This document shows, piece by piece, positions 28,905-41,191 of a DNA stretch of 64,000 nt; position 1 is the first letter of the stretch, and the number at the start of each line of letters is the position of its first letter. The position numbers and the translations under genes are program-made. Source of the stretch: Candidatus Firestoneibacteriota bacterium (GTDB lineage Bacteria; Oederibacteriota; D2-FULL-39-29); NCBI GenBank assembly GCA_903891415.1, contig CAITEH010000085.1, forward strand, positions 24,560 through 88,559. Direction: 5' to 3'. Under the pieces are notes generated by a model, which had not been told where the DNA came from, searched no databases, and saw only the letters and a program-made list of their open reading frames with translations.

Positions 28905-30689
28905 ATGGGCCTAATTCCAAGAGAAAAAATAGAACTTATTAAACAGTCTTTTGACATCGTGGATGTTGTAAGCGAGCGCGTGCAGCTGAAAAAGTCGGGC
29001 CAGAATTTTAAAGGGCTTTGTCCTTTTCATTCAGAAAAGACCTCCTCTTTTGTGGTCAGCCCGGCAAAACAAATTTACCATTGCTTCGGCTGCGGCGAGG
29101 GCGGGAATGTTATCCAGTTCATATCTAAAATGGATAACATAAATTTTTTCGAAGCGGTAAAAGTGCTGGCGCAGAAAAAAGGCATACCGCTGGATGCAGC
29201 TGATAAAGCCGGCAAAGACGAGTTTGACGAGCTTTTTAAAGTTAACGAATTGGCGGTCAGGTACTACAAGCAGAAACTGCAGGAGAATAAAGCCGCCCGG
29301 GAGTATCTGGCGAAACGGAAATTAAGCCAGGACACGATAGAAAAATTCGGGCTGGGCTATGCTCCGGACGAGTGGGAAGGCCTGCTTAATTACGCGGGAA
29401 AGAACGGAGTTCCCGCCTTGCTTCTCGAAAAAGCCGGCCTTTGTATCAAGCGGGACAAAAAAGAAGGCCACTACGACAGGTTTCGCAACCGGATAATTTT
29501 CCCGATAGTCAGCAGTTTCGGGAAATATGTGGCGTTTGGCGCCCGGGTAATGGATGCCGGGCTTCCGAAATATATTAATTCTCCGGAAACACCGGTCTAT
29601 TCAAAAGGGAAGAATCTCTATGCCTGGAATCTGGCCAGGGTCAAGATCCCGGAGGATATCGGGATAATTGTAGTAGAAGGGTACCTGGACTGTATAACCT
29701 GCCACCAGTATGGAATAACAAATACGGTGGCGACCCTGGGTACTTCACTGACCCGGGAACAGGCCGCGCTGTTAAAAAGATACACCGATAAAGTTGTGAT
29801 CGCTTATGACCTGGACGCGGCCGGGATAAATGCTTCGCTCCGCGGCATTGCCGTTCTGGTGGAGGCCGGCCTGGATGTAAAAGTGGCCGTTTTTACCGGC
29901 AGTAAAGACCCGGATGAATATCTCAATGTGCACGGGAAAGACGCTTTTTCCGGGAAGGTCAAAGAGGCCAAGAGCATAGTTGATTTCTGGCTGGACAGCG
30001 TAAAGCCGGAGGCGCTTTCCGATCTCAAGGGTAAATTAAATATTTTTAATCAAATGCTTCCGGTGATCTCCGCTGTTAATGATGACGCCAGAAGAGCGGA
30101 ATATAAAAAGGCCATAGCCGGCAGGATGAATTTGCCGGAGAAAGTTATCAACGAAGCAATAGAAAAGCATTATGAGAAAATATATAATATGGCCCCGGCC
30201 GGCAAAAATATCGCGGTTACAGCGGGGAAAAAAATAAGGCCGCCGGTTTCCAGGACTGAGCTTACCGAAAAGCAGCTTCTTATTCTGGCTTTGAGCGATA
30301 TAGAAACTGCAAAAAGAGTAAAGAAAGAAGTGTTTCCGGAGGACTTTAATAACGGCTCAATAAGGCGCATAATTGAGCTTCTTTTTGAATATTGCGAGAA
30401 AAAAAATATACTGGATTATACGGCCATGGTCGAAGAACTTGACGGAGAAACGCGCCGTTTGTTCACCGAACTTATACTGGATAAAGTGGAGTATTCTTCA
30501 GAGAGCCGGACGCAGGCCGAGAAGGACCTTATAGAGGCCATCAGGAACGGCAGGATCGAGAAACGCCTTAAAGAACTAGAGGTGGAGATAAAAAAACTTA
30601 ATAGAGGTGACGGGGACAAGGATCTGGTAAATGAATATCTTCAGCTCCAGCGTCATTTAAAAGGCAAGAAGGTTAAGGGGGAAAAGTGA
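28905..30689 (+). CDS. dnaG: DNA primase
   Basis: [13 protein letters not shown] zinc ribbon, [29 protein letters not shown]. Confidence 0.97.
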   Translation: MGLIPREKIELIKQSFDIVDVVSERVQLKKSGQNFKGLCPFHSEKTSSFVVSPAKQIYHCFGCGEGGNVIQFISKMDNINFFEAVKVLAQKKGIPLDAADKAGKDEFDELFKVNELAVRYYKQKLQENKAAREYLAKRKLSQDTIEKFGLGYAPDEWEGLLNYAGKNGVPALLLEKAGLCIKRDKKEGHYDRFRNRIIFPIVSSFGKYVAFGARVMDAGLPKYINSPETPVYSKGKNLYAWNLARVKIPEDIGIIVVEGYLDCITCHQYGITNTVATLGTSLTREQAALLKRYTDKVVIAYDLDAAGINASLRGIAVLVEAGLDVKVAVFTGSKDPDEYLNVHGKDAFSGKVKEAKSIVDFWLDSVKPEALSDLKGKLNIFNQMLPVISAVNDDARRAEYKKAIAGRMNLPEKVINEAIEKHYEKIYNMAPAGKNIAVTAGKKIRPPVSRTELTEKQLLILALSDIETAKRVKKEVFPEDFNNGSIRRIIELLFEYCEKKNILDYTAMVEELDGETRRLFTELILDKVEYSSESRTQAEKDLIEAIRNGRIEKRLKELEVEIKKLNRGDGDKDLVNEYLQLQRHLKGKKVKGEK

Positions 30690-32410
30690 AAGAATCGGCA
30701 AAAGCAGTGAAATTATCCAAACTTAAACTGAAAAAAAATGAAGTGGAAAAACTTCTTATAGAAAAGGGGAAAGAAAAAGGTTATTTAACCTACCAGGAAG
30801 TCAATGAGATCATTCCCGAAGATGTTATTTCCCCGGAAGAAATAGATAATCTGCTTACCAAGCTGGATGAAATGGACATTAATATAGTTGATGCTCCCAA
30901 AGAGGAGAAAGTCCCGGACCTGCATCTTACGGCCTCCTCGGATATAGCTATTGATGATCCTATCCGGCTCTACCTGCGTTCCATGGGCCAGATCTCCATA
31001 CTCGCGCGGGCTGAGGAACTCAGTTTAGCCGAAGAAATAGAAAAAGCCGAAGAAGAAATAGATAAGATCCTCTTTCAATCGCCCAGTATTCTGGAAAAAT
31101 TCAAGACCATGGCCAACGAAGTGCTCGAAAGCAGCCGGGGCATTCATGAGTTAATGAATATAGACGCGGAAGGGGAGATAAGCAACCGTATCGTAAAAAA
31201 GTACAAGAAAAAGCTGCGGGATGCCTTAAAAAAGATCAGGCAGGAAGAAACCAGGATAGAACTTATCAACAGCCGCCTGAAAAAGAAGTCCATCAATGAC
31301 AGGCAAAGAGCTTCTCTTGAAGAGAAAAAAATAGTCGGCCTTGAGAAGATCGTGGAAGCGGTCATTGAACTGGACCTTAATACCGAAGAAAAAAAGGGCA
31401 TGATAGATAAGGTCAAAACTATGACCTCGCAGATCCATGCTTTTGAACGGGAAATAGAAGGGGTAATTAAGGCCTGCGGTTTGACCAAGGAAGAACTGAG
31501 AAAAGTATTTAATTCCAAAAAAGTCAGCAGTTCCTGCAAGTACGGGGTAAAAGAACTTTGCGAGAATTACAAGCTGATAACGGTCAAAGAGAAAAATATA
31601 AAACAAATTGCGGATGAATCGGCGAGTACGGCTTCCAAAATAAAAGCAGATACGCGCCTTATTACCGAGAATGAATTTCGGGCTTATAACGCCAAGATGA
31701 AGCTTGTGAAGGCCAATCTCCGCCTGGTTGTGTCAATCGCGAAAAAATATACCAATAGAGGCCTGCATTTCCTTGACCTTATTCAGGAGGGAAATATCGG
31801 GCTTATGCGGGCGGTCGACAAATTTGAATACAAACGCGGCTATAAATTCTCAACTTACGCGACCTGGTGGATAAGACAGGCCATAACCAGGGCTATAGCT
31901 GATCAGGGCCGGACCATAAGAGTCCCGGTGCATATGATAGAAACGCTTAATAAATTAATAAAGAATTACAGGGAGCTGGTACAGAAACTCGGGCGGGACC
32001 CGCTGCCGGAAGAAGTTGCCAAAAAAATGGGCTTGCCGGTGGAAAAGATCAGAGAGGTCTTGAAGATCGCCCAGGAACCCATTTCCCTGGAAACTCCCAT
32101 TGGCGAGGACAAAGACGGCCATCTGGGAGACATTATCGAGGACAAGGAAGTGGTCTCTCCCGCGACAGCCGCGGCACACATGATCCTGCAGGAACAGCTG
32201 GAAAAAGTCCTGATCACGTTAAAAAGCAGGGAGGCGGAAGTGATCCGCCTGCGTTTTGGCATTAATAAACCGTACCCCTACACGCTCGAAGAAGTCGGCA
32301 ATATTTTTAATATTACCAGAGAGCGGGTGAGACAGATAGAGGCCAAGGCGCTGAGAAAACTCAGGCACCCCATAAGGGCCAAGTTCCTTAAGGGGTTCAT
32401 GGAACAGTAA
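30686..32410 (+). CDS. rpoD: RNA polymerase primary sigma factor
   Basis: Region 1.1, [50 protein letters not shown]. Confidence 0.97.
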   Translation: MKESAKAVKLSKLKLKKNEVEKLLIEKGKEKGYLTYQEVNEIIPEDVISPEEIDNLLTKLDEMDINIVDAPKEEKVPDLHLTASSDIAIDDPIRLYLRSMGQISILARAEELSLAEEIEKAEEEIDKILFQSPSILEKFKTMANEVLESSRGIHELMNIDAEGEISNRIVKKYKKKLRDALKKIRQEETRIELINSRLKKKSINDRQRASLEEKKIVGLEKIVEAVIELDLNTEEKKGMIDKVKTMTSQIHAFEREIEGVIKACGLTKEELRKVFNSKKVSSSCKYGVKELCENYKLITVKEKNIKQIADESASTASKIKADTRLITENEFRAYNAKMKLVKANLRLVVSIAKKYTNRGLHFLDLIQEGNIGLMRAVDKFEYKRGYKFSTYATWWIRQAITRAIADQGRTIRVPVHMIETLNKLIKNYRELVQKLGRDPLPEEVAKKMGLPVEKIREVLKIAQEPISLETPIGEDKDGHLGDIIEDKEVVSPATAAAHMILQEQLEKVLITLKSREAEVIRLRFGINKPYPYTLEEVGNIFNITRERVRQIEAKALRKLRHPIRAKFLKGFMEQ

Positions 32411-32435
32411 TAATAAAAAGTACCGCAAGGGTAAG

Positions 32436-33515
32436 ATGACCTCAAAAGAGCTCATAACCACCATACTGAATAGAAAAGCCGCGGAAAGATTCGGTATTTT
32501 TGAACATTTCTGGCCTGAAACTATCCGGGACTACTGGACAAAAGAAGGCTTCCCGGCAAAGACAGATCAGGCTGATTATTTTGACTATGATATTGCCCAC
32601 GCGGGCGGCTGGTTTGATGTTACTTCCTTTCCCGGAAAAAAAGAAATACTTGAGCAAACCGAAGAATGGGAAATAATCAAAAATGGCAACGGAGCTTCGG
32701 TAAAGCTCTGGAGGCACAAATCAGGCACGCCCGAACATATCGGGTTTGAAATGACCGGCAGGGAAATATGGGAAAAGACCTATCGCGAGCCGCTGCTTGC
32801 TCTTGATAAAAACAGGCTGGATCTCCCGGGCATGAAGCAGAACCTTGAGAAAGCCAGGAAGACCGGTAAGTTCACCGTTTTTGGAAATTTTTTTATTTTC
32901 GAACTGATGAGGAATACGATAGGGGATGAGCATTTTCTTCCTGCAATGCTCCTTGAACCCGGATGGCTCAAAGATTTTTGCCAGGTTTATACCGATTTTT
33001 ACATCCGGCATTATGAAATGATCTTCAGGGAAGCCGGGCTCCCGGACGGAATGTTCATTTATGAGGATCTGGGGTATAAGAACGGGTTATTTTGTTCTCC
33101 CGCGGCTTTGAAAGAGCTGGTAACTCCTTACCATAAAAGACTGGTGAATTATTTTAAAGATCACGGGCTTCCGGTGATCCTGCATTCGTGCGGGGACGTG
33201 AGGCGGGCCCTGCCGTCAATTTTAGAAGCGGGCTTTGACTGCCTCCAGCCGATGGAAGCCAAAGCGAATATGAATGTGCTTGAGCTGGCAAAAGAATATT
33301 CCGGAAAAATAGCTTTTATGGGAAATATTGACGTAACCGTGCTGAATACCAATAATAAGGCTGCCGTGAAACAGGAGATAGAATATAAACTGAAAGCACT
33401 AAAAAAACTGAAAGCACCCTACGTGTTCCACAGCGATCATTCCATACCTCCTGATGTGCGGTTTGAAACCTATAAATACGCGCTTGAAGTTTATAAAGCT
33501 AATTGCAGGTTATGA
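32436..33515 (+). CDS. Uroporphyrinogen decarboxylase (URO-D/MtaA-like) family protein
   Basis: [32 protein letters not shown]. Confidence 0.8.
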   Translation: MTSKELITTILNRKAAERFGIFEHFWPETIRDYWTKEGFPAKTDQADYFDYDIAHAGGWFDVTSFPGKKEILEQTEEWEIIKNGNGASVKLWRHKSGTPEHIGFEMTGREIWEKTYREPLLALDKNRLDLPGMKQNLEKARKTGKFTVFGNFFIFELMRNTIGDEHFLPAMLLEPGWLKDFCQVYTDFYIRHYEMIFREAGLPDGMFIYEDLGYKNGLFCSPAALKELVTPYHKRLVNYFKDHGLPVILHSCGDVRRALPSILEAGFDCLQPMEAKANMNVLELAKEYSGKIAFMGNIDVTVLNTNNKAAVKQEIEYKLKALKKLKAPYVFHSDHSIPPDVRFETYKYALEVYKANCRL

Positions 33516-33522
33516 GACCTAT

Positions 33523-34044
33523 ATGAAAAGACTGGGGTTAATTTTATTCAGCTGCCTGCTCTTTTACGGTTGTGAAGATAAAGAGGCAAATATGCAAAAA
33601 CCAAAGCCGGGAAAAGTTGATATTTTTAATTTTGAAACCGGAAAAGTTGATACAGTTGACAAAGTCGTTCCTACCGCGGAACAATTAAAGGAACTTCCTG
33701 CGGATGTCTGCTATGTTGTAAGAGATAAAGGCACAGAAGCGCCTTTTACGGGGAAATTTTACAATAACCATGCTAAAGGCGTCTATAAATGCGTTGTTTG
33801 TAAAACGGATCTGTTTGTTTCTGACACAAAATTTGAGTCAGGCACCGGCTGGCCAAGTTTTTTTCAGCCGGTTTCAGAACTGAATATTAAGACCGTTAAA
33901 GATACCAGCCACGGTATGGAAAGAAGTGAAGTTGTTTGTGCCCGGTGCGGAGCCCATCTGGGACATGTTTTTGATGACGGGCCCAAACCTACGGGAAAAC
34001 GCTACTGCATGAACTCAGTTTCTTTATTTTTTGTGAAACATTAA
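33523..34044 (+). CDS. msrB: Peptide methionine sulfoxide reductase MsrB, predicted lipoprotein
   Basis: GTEAPFTG, Cxx[24 protein letters not shown]; N-terminal LFYGC lipobox. Confidence 0.92.
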   Translation: MKRLGLILFSCLLFYGCEDKEANMQKPKPGKVDIFNFETGKVDTVDKVVPTAEQLKELPADVCYVVRDKGTEAPFTGKFYNNHAKGVYKCVVCKTDLFVSDTKFESGTGWPSFFQPVSELNIKTVKDTSHGMERSEVVCARCGAHLGHVFDDGPKPTGKRYCMNSVSLFFVKH

Positions 34045-34143
34045 AGACGACCGGTCCCGGAACCTGCCTGCCTTTCCAAATCAGATATTGACTTTAATAT
34101 ACCTTTGTGCAATAATAAAATGACTTTTTTTGGGAGGTCTTTT

Positions 34144-34944
34144 ATGAAAAAAGCAGGACTTTTAAGCTCCATGATAAGCCTTATTTGCTTATTAATGACC
34201 GGAACCGGCTTTGCGGGTATTATGGCGCGGCCGGCAGACACTATATGCGCTGTCACGGGGGCGCCTCTTAAAGTTAACGATGCAACACCCTTCAGTAAGT
34301 ATAATAATGATTATTATTATTTTCTAAGCAACAGTGAAAAAGCGCAGTTCGACAGTAATCCCTTTAAATTTGCAAAAAATATGGATACCTGCCAGGTTTG
34401 CGGCAAACAGGAGAGAAAGACCAGAGGCAAATCCTCCTTTCTGGACTATAGCTACAACGGAAAAAGCTACCATTTTTGCACGCTTATTCACTGTGAGGAA
34501 TTTCAAAAAGACCCCGGAAAATACATCAGGGGAGGGGAGTCTTATTCGACCAGGCCGGTTGGAAAGTATAAGGCAAAAAGTACTGTTAAGGCCGGGCTTA
34601 AGGATAAGAAGAAGGATGCGACTGAAGATGTCGAAGTCTTGACCGAAGAAGCTCCGGCGGTAACTCCGGAGAAAAAACCGGCGATCTTAGGAACAGAGAA
34701 AAAGCTCCCGGAAGTAAAGCCGCCTTTGGCCGAGGTAACAAATGAGAAGGGCGTGACTGCCGTGGAGAAAAAGGAACCAAAAAATATCCAGGAAATTAAA
34801 CCGCCTGTTCCGGCTGTGACAAATGAAGCCGTGAAAACTGCCGCACCGGCTCCCGCGGCTTTAAGCAAACCGGCGGCGGAAAAGACCAAAGCTCCCAAAA
34901 AACCGGTAACGATGGAATTTGAAGATACCATTGTTGAAGAGTAG
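34144..34944 (+). CDS. Secreted protein with two YHS/TRASH-like domains and a low-complexity P/K/E/A tail
   Basis: Signal peptide; CAVTG..YNNDYYYF..FDSNP and CQVCG..YNGKSYHFC..FQKDPGKY; ATG after GGGAGG. Confidence 0.7.
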   Translation: MKKAGLLSSMISLICLLMTGTGFAGIMARPADTICAVTGAPLKVNDATPFSKYNNDYYYFLSNSEKAQFDSNPFKFAKNMDTCQVCGKQERKTRGKSSFLDYSYNGKSYHFCTLIHCEEFQKDPGKYIRGGESYSTRPVGKYKAKSTVKAGLKDKKKDATEDVEVLTEEAPAVTPEKKPAILGTEKKLPEVKPPLAEVTNEKGVTAVEKKEPKNIQEIKPPVPAVTNEAVKTAAPAPAALSKPAAEKTKAPKKPVTMEFEDTIVEE

Positions 34945-34970
34945 GGATCTTTTAGAGTAAATGGAAACCT

Positions 34971-35006
34971 ACACCGTCCGTCCCTGAAAAGGCGGGCGGT
35001 GTTTTT
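34971..35006 (+). terminator. Rho-independent terminator upstream of carB
   Basis: ACACCGTCCGTC..GGCGGGCGGTGT followed by TTTT. Confidence 0.7.
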
Positions 35007-35025
35007 ATGAAGAGGGCTTTATAAA

Positions 35026-38000
35026 ATGCCAAAGCGCACTGATATAAAAAAGATACTGCTTATCGGGTCCGGGCCTATTGTCATCGGCCAGGCGTGCGAG
35101 TTTGATTATTCCGGTACGCAGGCCTGCAAAGCGCTTAAAGAAGAAGGCTACGAAGTTGTCCTGGTAAATAGTAATCCTGCCACAATAATGACCGACCCGG
35201 AATTTGCCGACCGCACGTATATTGAACCTGTCACCGCCGAAATGGTCGCGAAAATAATAGAAAAAGAACGCCCGGACGCGCTACTACCCACTATAGGCGG
35301 CCAGACGGGGCTGAATGTCGCGGTTGAACTTGCGGAAAGCGGGATCCTGGCAAGATATAATGTTGAATTGATAGGCGCAAAGATCGAAGCCATAAAAAAA
35401 GCGGAAGACCGGATGCTTTTCAAGGCGGCGGTAGAAAAGATAGGTTTAAGCGTTCCCTTGAGTTTCGCGGCTTACAGCTCCGAAGATGCCGAAAAGTATT
35501 CAAAAGAACTCGGGTTTCCTGTCATCATCCGCCCCGCTTTTACACTCGGCGGTTCAGGCAGCAGTATTGCCTATAACATGGAAGAACTTAAAGATAAGGT
35601 CAAGTTTGGAGTTGAAGCCAGCATGATCGGCCAGGTCCTGCTCGAGCAGTCCATAATCGGCTGGAAAGAATATGAACTGGAAGTCATGCGGGACCTTAAA
35701 GATAATGTCGTAATAATCTGTCCTATAGAGAACTTTGATCCCATGGGGATACATACCGGCGATTCCATAACAGTTGCTCCCGCCCAGACTTTGTCCGATA
35801 AGGAATACCAGGTCCTGCGTGACGCCTCCATAGCCATCATGCGGGAAATAGGCGTGGACACCGGAGGCAGTAATGTTCAGTTCGGCATCAATCCCGCTAA
35901 CGGTAAAGTGGTTGTTATAGAAATGAACCCCAGGGTTTCCAGAAGTTCCGCCCTGGCCTCAAAAGCTACAGGTTTTCCCATTGCTAAGATCGCGGCCAAA
36001 CTGGCGGTAGGTTTTACGCTGGATGAGATCCCCAATGATATCACCAAATATACCTATGCCGCGTTTGAACCTACTATTGATTATGTGGTTACAAAGATCC
36101 CCCGCTGGACCTTTGAAAAATTCCCCGGGGCTGACGATATTCTCGGAACCCAGATGAAATCCGTGGGCGAAGTTATGGCCATAGGCCGGACCTTTAAGGA
36201 GTCGTTTCAAAAGGCCATAAGGTCCCTGGAAATAGATAAATACAGCTTGTACTGGAGCGGGCCCAAACCGACAAAAGAACAGATAACAGAGAAACTCCGC
36301 ACGCCGAATTGCGACCGGCTGTATTTTATCAGAGAGGCACTAAAGAATGATTTCAGCCTGGAGGAGATATTTAATTTAACCAGGATAGATAAATGGTTTT
36401 TAAGCAACTTAAAAGAACTTGTGGATATGGAAGCGGTGATAATTAAGGCCGGCAAGAATAAAAAGCAGCTTCCGGATGTTATTAAAGAAGCAAAAAAATA
36501 CGGTTTTTCTGACCGCTATCTGGCGAAACTGCTCGGTATGGAAGAGGCAAAACTGCGGGCCCTGCGCCTGAAGCATGGCATAAAACCGGTCTATAAAATG
36601 GTGGATACCTGCGCCGCGGAGTTTGAGGCCTTTACGCCTTATCTTTATTCCACATACGAAGAGGAAGAGGAAGCCCTGCCGACAAAAAATAAAAAAATAG
36701 CAATTCTGGGGGGAGGGCCCAACCGGATCGGACAGGGAATTGAGTTTGACTACTGTTGCGTGCACGCGGCCTTTGCCTTAAGAGAAGACGGTTATGAGGT
36801 CATAATGATAAATTGCAATCCCGAGACGGTTTCTACCGATTATGATACCTCCGACCGGCTGTATTTTGAACCTTTAACCCTGGAAGATACCCTGCATATC
36901 CTTAAAAGGGAAAAACCGGACGGGGTCATAGTCCAGTTTGGCGGGCAGACACCTCTTAAACTGGCGCTTCCGCTTTTTAAAGAGAAGATAAAAATAATCG
37001 GTACCAGCCCTAAAAGCATAGATGCGGCGGAGGATAGAAAACTCTTCGGGGCTATTTTGAATAAATTAAAGATACCGCAGCCGGAGAACGGCACCGCCCG
37101 CAATTTGAAAGATGCGCTCAAAGTAGCCCGGCGGATCGGCTTTCCGGTGCTTGTGCGGCCGTCCTATGTTCTTGGCGGAAGAGCGATGGAGATAGTCTAC
37201 GATGAAGAGAGCATGGTGAATTTTGTTAAAATGGCTCTTGAGGTATCCGGAAAACATCCTGTACTTATAGATAAATTCCTGGAAGATGCCGGGGAGATAG
37301 ATGTGGACGCGGTCTGCGACGGTGAGACCACCGTTATCTGCGGAATAATGGAGCATATAGAAGAAGCGGGCATTCACTCCGGAGATTCGGCCTGCGTCAT
37401 CCCTGCTTTTTCACTTGCTGAAAACCAGCTGGCCACCATAAGAAAATACACCTGTGCCCTGGCTAAAGAGCTCAAAGTCATAGGGCTTATGAACATTCAG
37501 TATGCCTACAAAGGGGACACCATCTATGTGCTGGAGGTCAACCCGAGAGCTTCAAGGACCGTGCCTTTTGTTTCTAAAGCCACAGGAATACCCTGGGCCA
37601 AGGTGGCAGCCCGGATCATGACGGGCCAAAAACTGAAAAAAATGGGCCTCACCGGAGAAATTCAATCAAAACATTTTTCCGTCAAAGAATCGGTCTTTCC
37701 TTTCGGGAAATTTCCGGGTGTGGATTCCGTGCTGGGGCCGGAAATGAAATCGACCGGCGAGGTAATGGGCATTGATGCTGATTTTGGCCGTGCTTTCGCA
37801 AAATCCCAGATGGCGGCGGGTTCCGCGCTTCCCGTTAAAGGCAAGGTCTTCATAAGTGTCAAGAACAAAGATAAGCGGAATATAATATATGTGGCCAAAC
37901 TGCTTGTGGACCTGGGTTTTAAGCTTGTGGCCACCGGCGGTACGGCAGCCGCACTTTCCAACAACGGAATGGAAGTTGAAAAAGTTAATAAGGTAGGGGA

Positions 38001-38241
38001 AGGCCGGCCCAATATCGTGGATTATATAAGAAATAAAGAGATAAATCTTATCATAAATACCCCGACCGGCAAAGGCCCCAAGACCGATGAATATCACATC
38101 CGCAGGGCCGCGATAGTCAATAACATACCCTGTATTACCACGGTCTCCGGCGCGCAGGCGGCGGTCAACGGTATAGAGTCCCTGCTTAAAAGCGAGCTTA
38201 CGGTAAAGTCTTTACAGGAATACCATCTTAAGAAAAAGTAA
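35026..38241 (+). CDS. carB: Carbamoyl-phosphate synthase large subunit
   Basis: [30 protein letters not shown], two ATP-grasp halves, MGS domain. Confidence 0.98.
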   Translation: MPKRTDIKKILLIGSGPIVIGQACEFDYSGTQACKALKEEGYEVVLVNSNPATIMTDPEFADRTYIEPVTAEMVAKIIEKERPDALLPTIGGQTGLNVAVELAESGILARYNVELIGAKIEAIKKAEDRMLFKAAVEKIGLSVPLSFAAYSSEDAEKYSKELGFPVIIRPAFTLGGSGSSIAYNMEELKDKVKFGVEASMIGQVLLEQSIIGWKEYELEVMRDLKDNVVIICPIENFDPMGIHTGDSITVAPAQTLSDKEYQVLRDASIAIMREIGVDTGGSNVQFGINPANGKVVVIEMNPRVSRSSALASKATGFPIAKIAAKLAVGFTLDEIPNDITKYTYAAFEPTIDYVVTKIPRWTFEKFPGADDILGTQMKSVGEVMAIGRTFKESFQKAIRSLEIDKYSLYWSGPKPTKEQITEKLRTPNCDRLYFIREALKNDFSLEEIFNLTRIDKWFLSNLKELVDMEAVIIKAGKNKKQLPDVIKEAKKYGFSDRYLAKLLGMEEAKLRALRLKHGIKPVYKMVDTCAAEFEAFTPYLYSTYEEEEEALPTKNKKIAILGGGPNRIGQGIEFDYCCVHAAFALREDGYEVIMINCNPETVSTDYDTSDRLYFEPLTLEDTLHILKREKPDGVIVQFGGQTPLKLALPLFKEKIKIIGTSPKSIDAAEDRKLFGAILNKLKIPQPENGTARNLKDALKVARRIGFPVLVRPSYVLGGRAMEIVYDEESMVNFVKMALEVSGKHPVLIDKFLEDAGEIDVDAVCDGETTVICGIMEHIEEAGIHSGDSACVIPAFSLAENQLATIRKYTCALAKELKVIGLMNIQYAYKGDTIYVLEVNPRASRTVPFVSKATGIPWAKVAARIMTGQKLKKMGLTGEIQSKHFSVKESVFPFGKFPGVDSVLGPEMKSTGEVMGIDADFGRAFAKSQMAAGSALPVKGKVFISVKNKDKRNIIYVAKLLVDLGFKLVATGGTAAALSNNGMEVEKVNKVGEGRPNIVDYIRNKEINLIINTPTGKGPKTDEYHIRRAAIVNNIPCITTVSGAQAAVNGIESLLKSELTVKSLQEYHLKKK

Positions 38242-38268
38242 TATAGGTTCCAAGCGGTAAAGGAGATT

Positions 38269-39030
38269 ATGCGAACTTCTTTGCAGCCCTTGACGGTTGT
38301 CGGACATCTCGAAGAACTTAGAAAAAGAATAATAGTCTGCCTGGTGATATTCCTGGCGGTTTTTTTAGCGCTGGTAACCCTGCCTTCGTTCACGGATTCC
38401 TTTGGTACCCGCATTATGAACTTTTTAAGGGAATTTTTCCTCAAAGACCTCGTCAAAGGCGCCGCGTTAAAACTGGTTTTTCTTGATCCCCTGGAACCGG
38501 TCTTTACCGTACTTAAATTATCCCTGCTTACTTCTCTTTTCATACTTTCTCCGGTCTTCTTTTATCAGGCCTGGGCTTATATCGGCCCCGCTTTTAAGAA
38601 AAAAACAAAAAAATATATGCTCCTGCTTTTTTTCGGGGCTTTCTTTTTCCTGTTCTTAGGCGCGGTCTTTTCGTTCTATCTGCTCATGCCTATCTCCTTT
38701 AAGATACTTATTCAATACGGGCTTTCCGCCGGTGCTGAGCCGGTCTTAAGCATGGGCAAATTCTTTGATATGTTCATAGTGATGCTCGTCCTCTTTGCTA
38801 TACCGTTCGAACTGCCTGTGGTTATCGGAGTATTAAGTAAAGCGGGGATAGTTTCCGCCAGAGCTCTGGCCAAAGCCAGAAAAATAATGTATTTTGGCAT
38901 GGCCGTATTTGCCGCGGCCGTTACGCCGGATCCTACGCCGGTTTCAATGCTCATACTCTGGGCTATGCTGGTCCTGCTTTTTGAGTTCGGGATCTTTCTG
39001 GCCCGGTTATTTGAAAGGAGTAAAAAATAA
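38269..39030 (+). CDS. tatC: Twin-arginine translocase subunit TatC
   Basis: HLEELRKRI, YQAWAYIGP, FELP, TPDP. Confidence 0.9.
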   Translation: MRTSLQPLTVVGHLEELRKRIIVCLVIFLAVFLALVTLPSFTDSFGTRIMNFLREFFLKDLVKGAALKLVFLDPLEPVFTVLKLSLLTSLFILSPVFFYQAWAYIGPAFKKKTKKYMLLLFFGAFFFLFLGAVFSFYLLMPISFKILIQYGLSAGAEPVLSMGKFFDMFIVMLVLFAIPFELPVVIGVLSKAGIVSARALAKARKIMYFGMAVFAAAVTPDPTPVSMLILWAMLVLLFEFGIFLARLFERSKK

Positions 39031-40427
39031 TGGGAGTCTCGGTTCAATTCTTCGGCGCCGCGAGAACAGTAACGGGTTCCAAATACCTCATCACCGGAGA
39101 TAAAGGTAAAATTCTGATAGATTTCGGCATGTTTCGCGGTGAGGACCGCCTGACACAGCGGAATTACGAGGAGTTTGATTTTAATCCGGAAGAAATTCAA
39201 TATGTTATTCTGACGCACGCGCATATTGATCACAGCGGTTTGATCCCGAGATTGGTGAAAAAGGGGTTCAGAGGGCGGATCCTTTGCACCAAACCCACTC
39301 TGGAACTCTGCAAGATAATGTTCCTGGATGCCGCGCATGTGGAAAGTATAGAAATTGAATGGCGTAACAGAAAAAGACAGCGGGCGGGAAAACCCCTGCT
39401 GGAGCCGGTCTATAACGCTGAAGATGCCGCCTCCTGCATGCAATATTTTGAAGCAGTAGAATACGGTAAATTGAAAGACCTGAAGAACGGTTTCAAGGTC
39501 AGGTTTGAGGATGCCGGGCATATTCTTGGTTCTTCTATCATAGAGGTATTCACAAAGATAGAGGGCAAGGCAAAGCGGCTTGTGTTCTCGGGAGACCTGG
39601 GTAATGAAATGCAGAAACTAATACGGGATCCCAAAAAACTTGTTGATGCCGACTACCTTTTTATAGAATCCACCTACGGCGACCGGCTGCACAAGAGCCA
39701 TAAAGAGACTATTAAGGAATTTGAGAACGCGATCCTGGGCGCGGAAAAAGACCGGGGAAATATTATTATTCCGGCGTTTGCCGTCGAGAGGACCCAGGAA
39801 ATAATCTTTGAACTTTCGCAGATGTATAAAAAAAGCAGCCTGGACGGTTTTTCTGTATATGTGGATTCGCCTCTGGCCATTGCCGCCACAGAGATCTTTC
39901 AGGCCAACAGCCGGCACTTTGACGAAGAAACCAAAGCAGCCATGAAAAAAGGGATAGATCCTTTTTCTTTTCCCTCTCTGGTTTATTGCCGGCGGATGGA
40001 GGAGTCCCGAGCCCTGAATGACCTCAAGAGCAACGCGATCATAGTTTCTGCGAGCGGGATGTGCGAAGCCGGGCGGATCAAGCACCATCTAAAGCATAAC
40101 TTGTGGCGCGAGGAATGTGTTATAATATTTACGGGTTACCAGGCGATAGGCACTACCGGCAGGGCTATCGTTGACGGGGTAAAAACCGTGAAAATATTCG
40201 GGGAAGAGATAGCGGTGCGGGCAAAAATATTCACTCTGGGCGGTTTTTCGGGGCATGCCGATCAAAACGGCCTCTTAAAATGGCTTTCTAACTTTAAGAA
40301 CAAGAAAATGCAGGTTTTTGTGGTGCATGGCGAAGAAAAGAGCGCTCTTGCCTTTGCCGAAATAATACGGCAAAAAAGACGCCTGCAGGTTGTCGTGCCA
40401 GAACTGGGACAAAAAGTAAAATTATGA
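39030..40427 (+). CDS. MBL-fold beta-CASP ribonuclease
   Basis: GAARTVTGS, THAHIDHSG, AGHILGS, ESTYG, SGHAD, VHGE. Confidence 0.92.
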   Translation: MGVSVQFFGAARTVTGSKYLITGDKGKILIDFGMFRGEDRLTQRNYEEFDFNPEEIQYVILTHAHIDHSGLIPRLVKKGFRGRILCTKPTLELCKIMFLDAAHVESIEIEWRNRKRQRAGKPLLEPVYNAEDAASCMQYFEAVEYGKLKDLKNGFKVRFEDAGHILGSSIIEVFTKIEGKAKRLVFSGDLGNEMQKLIRDPKKLVDADYLFIESTYGDRLHKSHKETIKEFENAILGAEKDRGNIIIPAFAVERTQEIIFELSQMYKKSSLDGFSVYVDSPLAIAATEIFQANSRHFDEETKAAMKKGIDPFSFPSLVYCRRMEESRALNDLKSNAIIVSASGMCEAGRIKHHLKHNLWREECVIIFTGYQAIGTTGRAIVDGVKTVKIFGEEIAVRAKIFTLGGFSGHADQNGLLKWLSNFKNKKMQVFVVHGEEKSALAFAEIIRQKRRLQVVVPELGQKVKL

Positions 40428-41191
40428 GGATAGATACCAACGCCCGTATAATCTATAACAAGCAGGTTTCCGGGGAATACCGGAATATGAAAATTTATGC
40501 GCCGCGGATCGCGCGGCACGCCCGGCCCGGGCAATTCTTAAATATACAAACTTCAAAGACCGGACGGCCTCTTTTACGCAGGCCTATGTCCATTCACAAA
40601 CTGTCGCCCGCCGGGCTTGAAATTCTTTACAAAGTCCGCGGCACGGGTACTTCTCTTTTAGCGCAATTAAAAAAAGGCATGGAAATTCAGGTGCTCGGGC
40701 CTCTGGGGAAAGGGTTTGATATAAAAGCCCCGTTCACCACCGCTATACTGGTGGGAGGAGGTTACGGGATCTCGCCTTTAAAAGCGCTGCATGACCTGCT
40801 TAAGAAAAAAAGAAAAAAAATAATAACCCTGATAGGGGCGAAGAACTCGAAGCTTATATATAAAAAGGGCTTTACCGGGGTAAAAGTGGCAACGGAAGAC
40901 GGTTCTTCCGGGACCAAAGGGCTTGTGACCCGGGTTCTTGACAGGGTTTGTTGTTCCGGAGCCAAACACCCGGCGGTGATCTTTGCCTGCGGGCCGGACA
41001 GAATGCTGGAAGCGGTCGCCAAAATTGCCGGCAAATATAATATTCCCTGCCAGGTTTCCTTGGAAGCCCTGATGGGTTGCGGTACCGGCGTCTGCCTGTC
41101 TTGTGTCTGTAAGAAAAAAGACGGCCGGCAGGCCCGCGTTTGCGTTGACGGCCCTGTATTTAAGGCCGGGGAAATAGAATGGAAAACCTAA
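40424..41191 (+). CDS. pyrK: Dihydroorotate dehydrogenase electron transfer subunit
   Basis: PGQF, LRRPMS, GPLGKGF, ACGP, MGCGTGVCLSC..RVCVDGPVF. Confidence 0.93.
   Translation: MRIDTNARIIYNKQVSGEYRNMKIYAPRIARHARPGQFLNIQTSKTGRPLLRRPMSIHKLSPAGLEILYKVRGTGTSLLAQLKKGMEIQVLGPLGKGFDIKAPFTTAILVGGGYGISPLKALHDLLKKKRKKIITLIGAKNSKLIYKKGFTGVKVATEDGSSGTKGLVTRVLDRVCCSGAKHPAVIFACGPDRMLEAVAKIAGKYNIPCQVSLEALMGCGTGVCLSCVCKKKDGRQARVCVDGPVFKAGEIEWKT

Noticed and set aside
33523-34044. Selenoprotein MsrB or alternative genetic code
   Set aside because: The catalytic residue is Cys (RYCMNS), and TAA, TAG and TGA all terminate conserved genes at normal positions.
38712-39521. Long antisense ORFs (e.g. 38712-39521, 11573-12301, 57967-58617, 47890-48471)
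   Set aside because: They fully overlap well-supported + strand genes and have no recognisable motifs; these are shadow ORFs.
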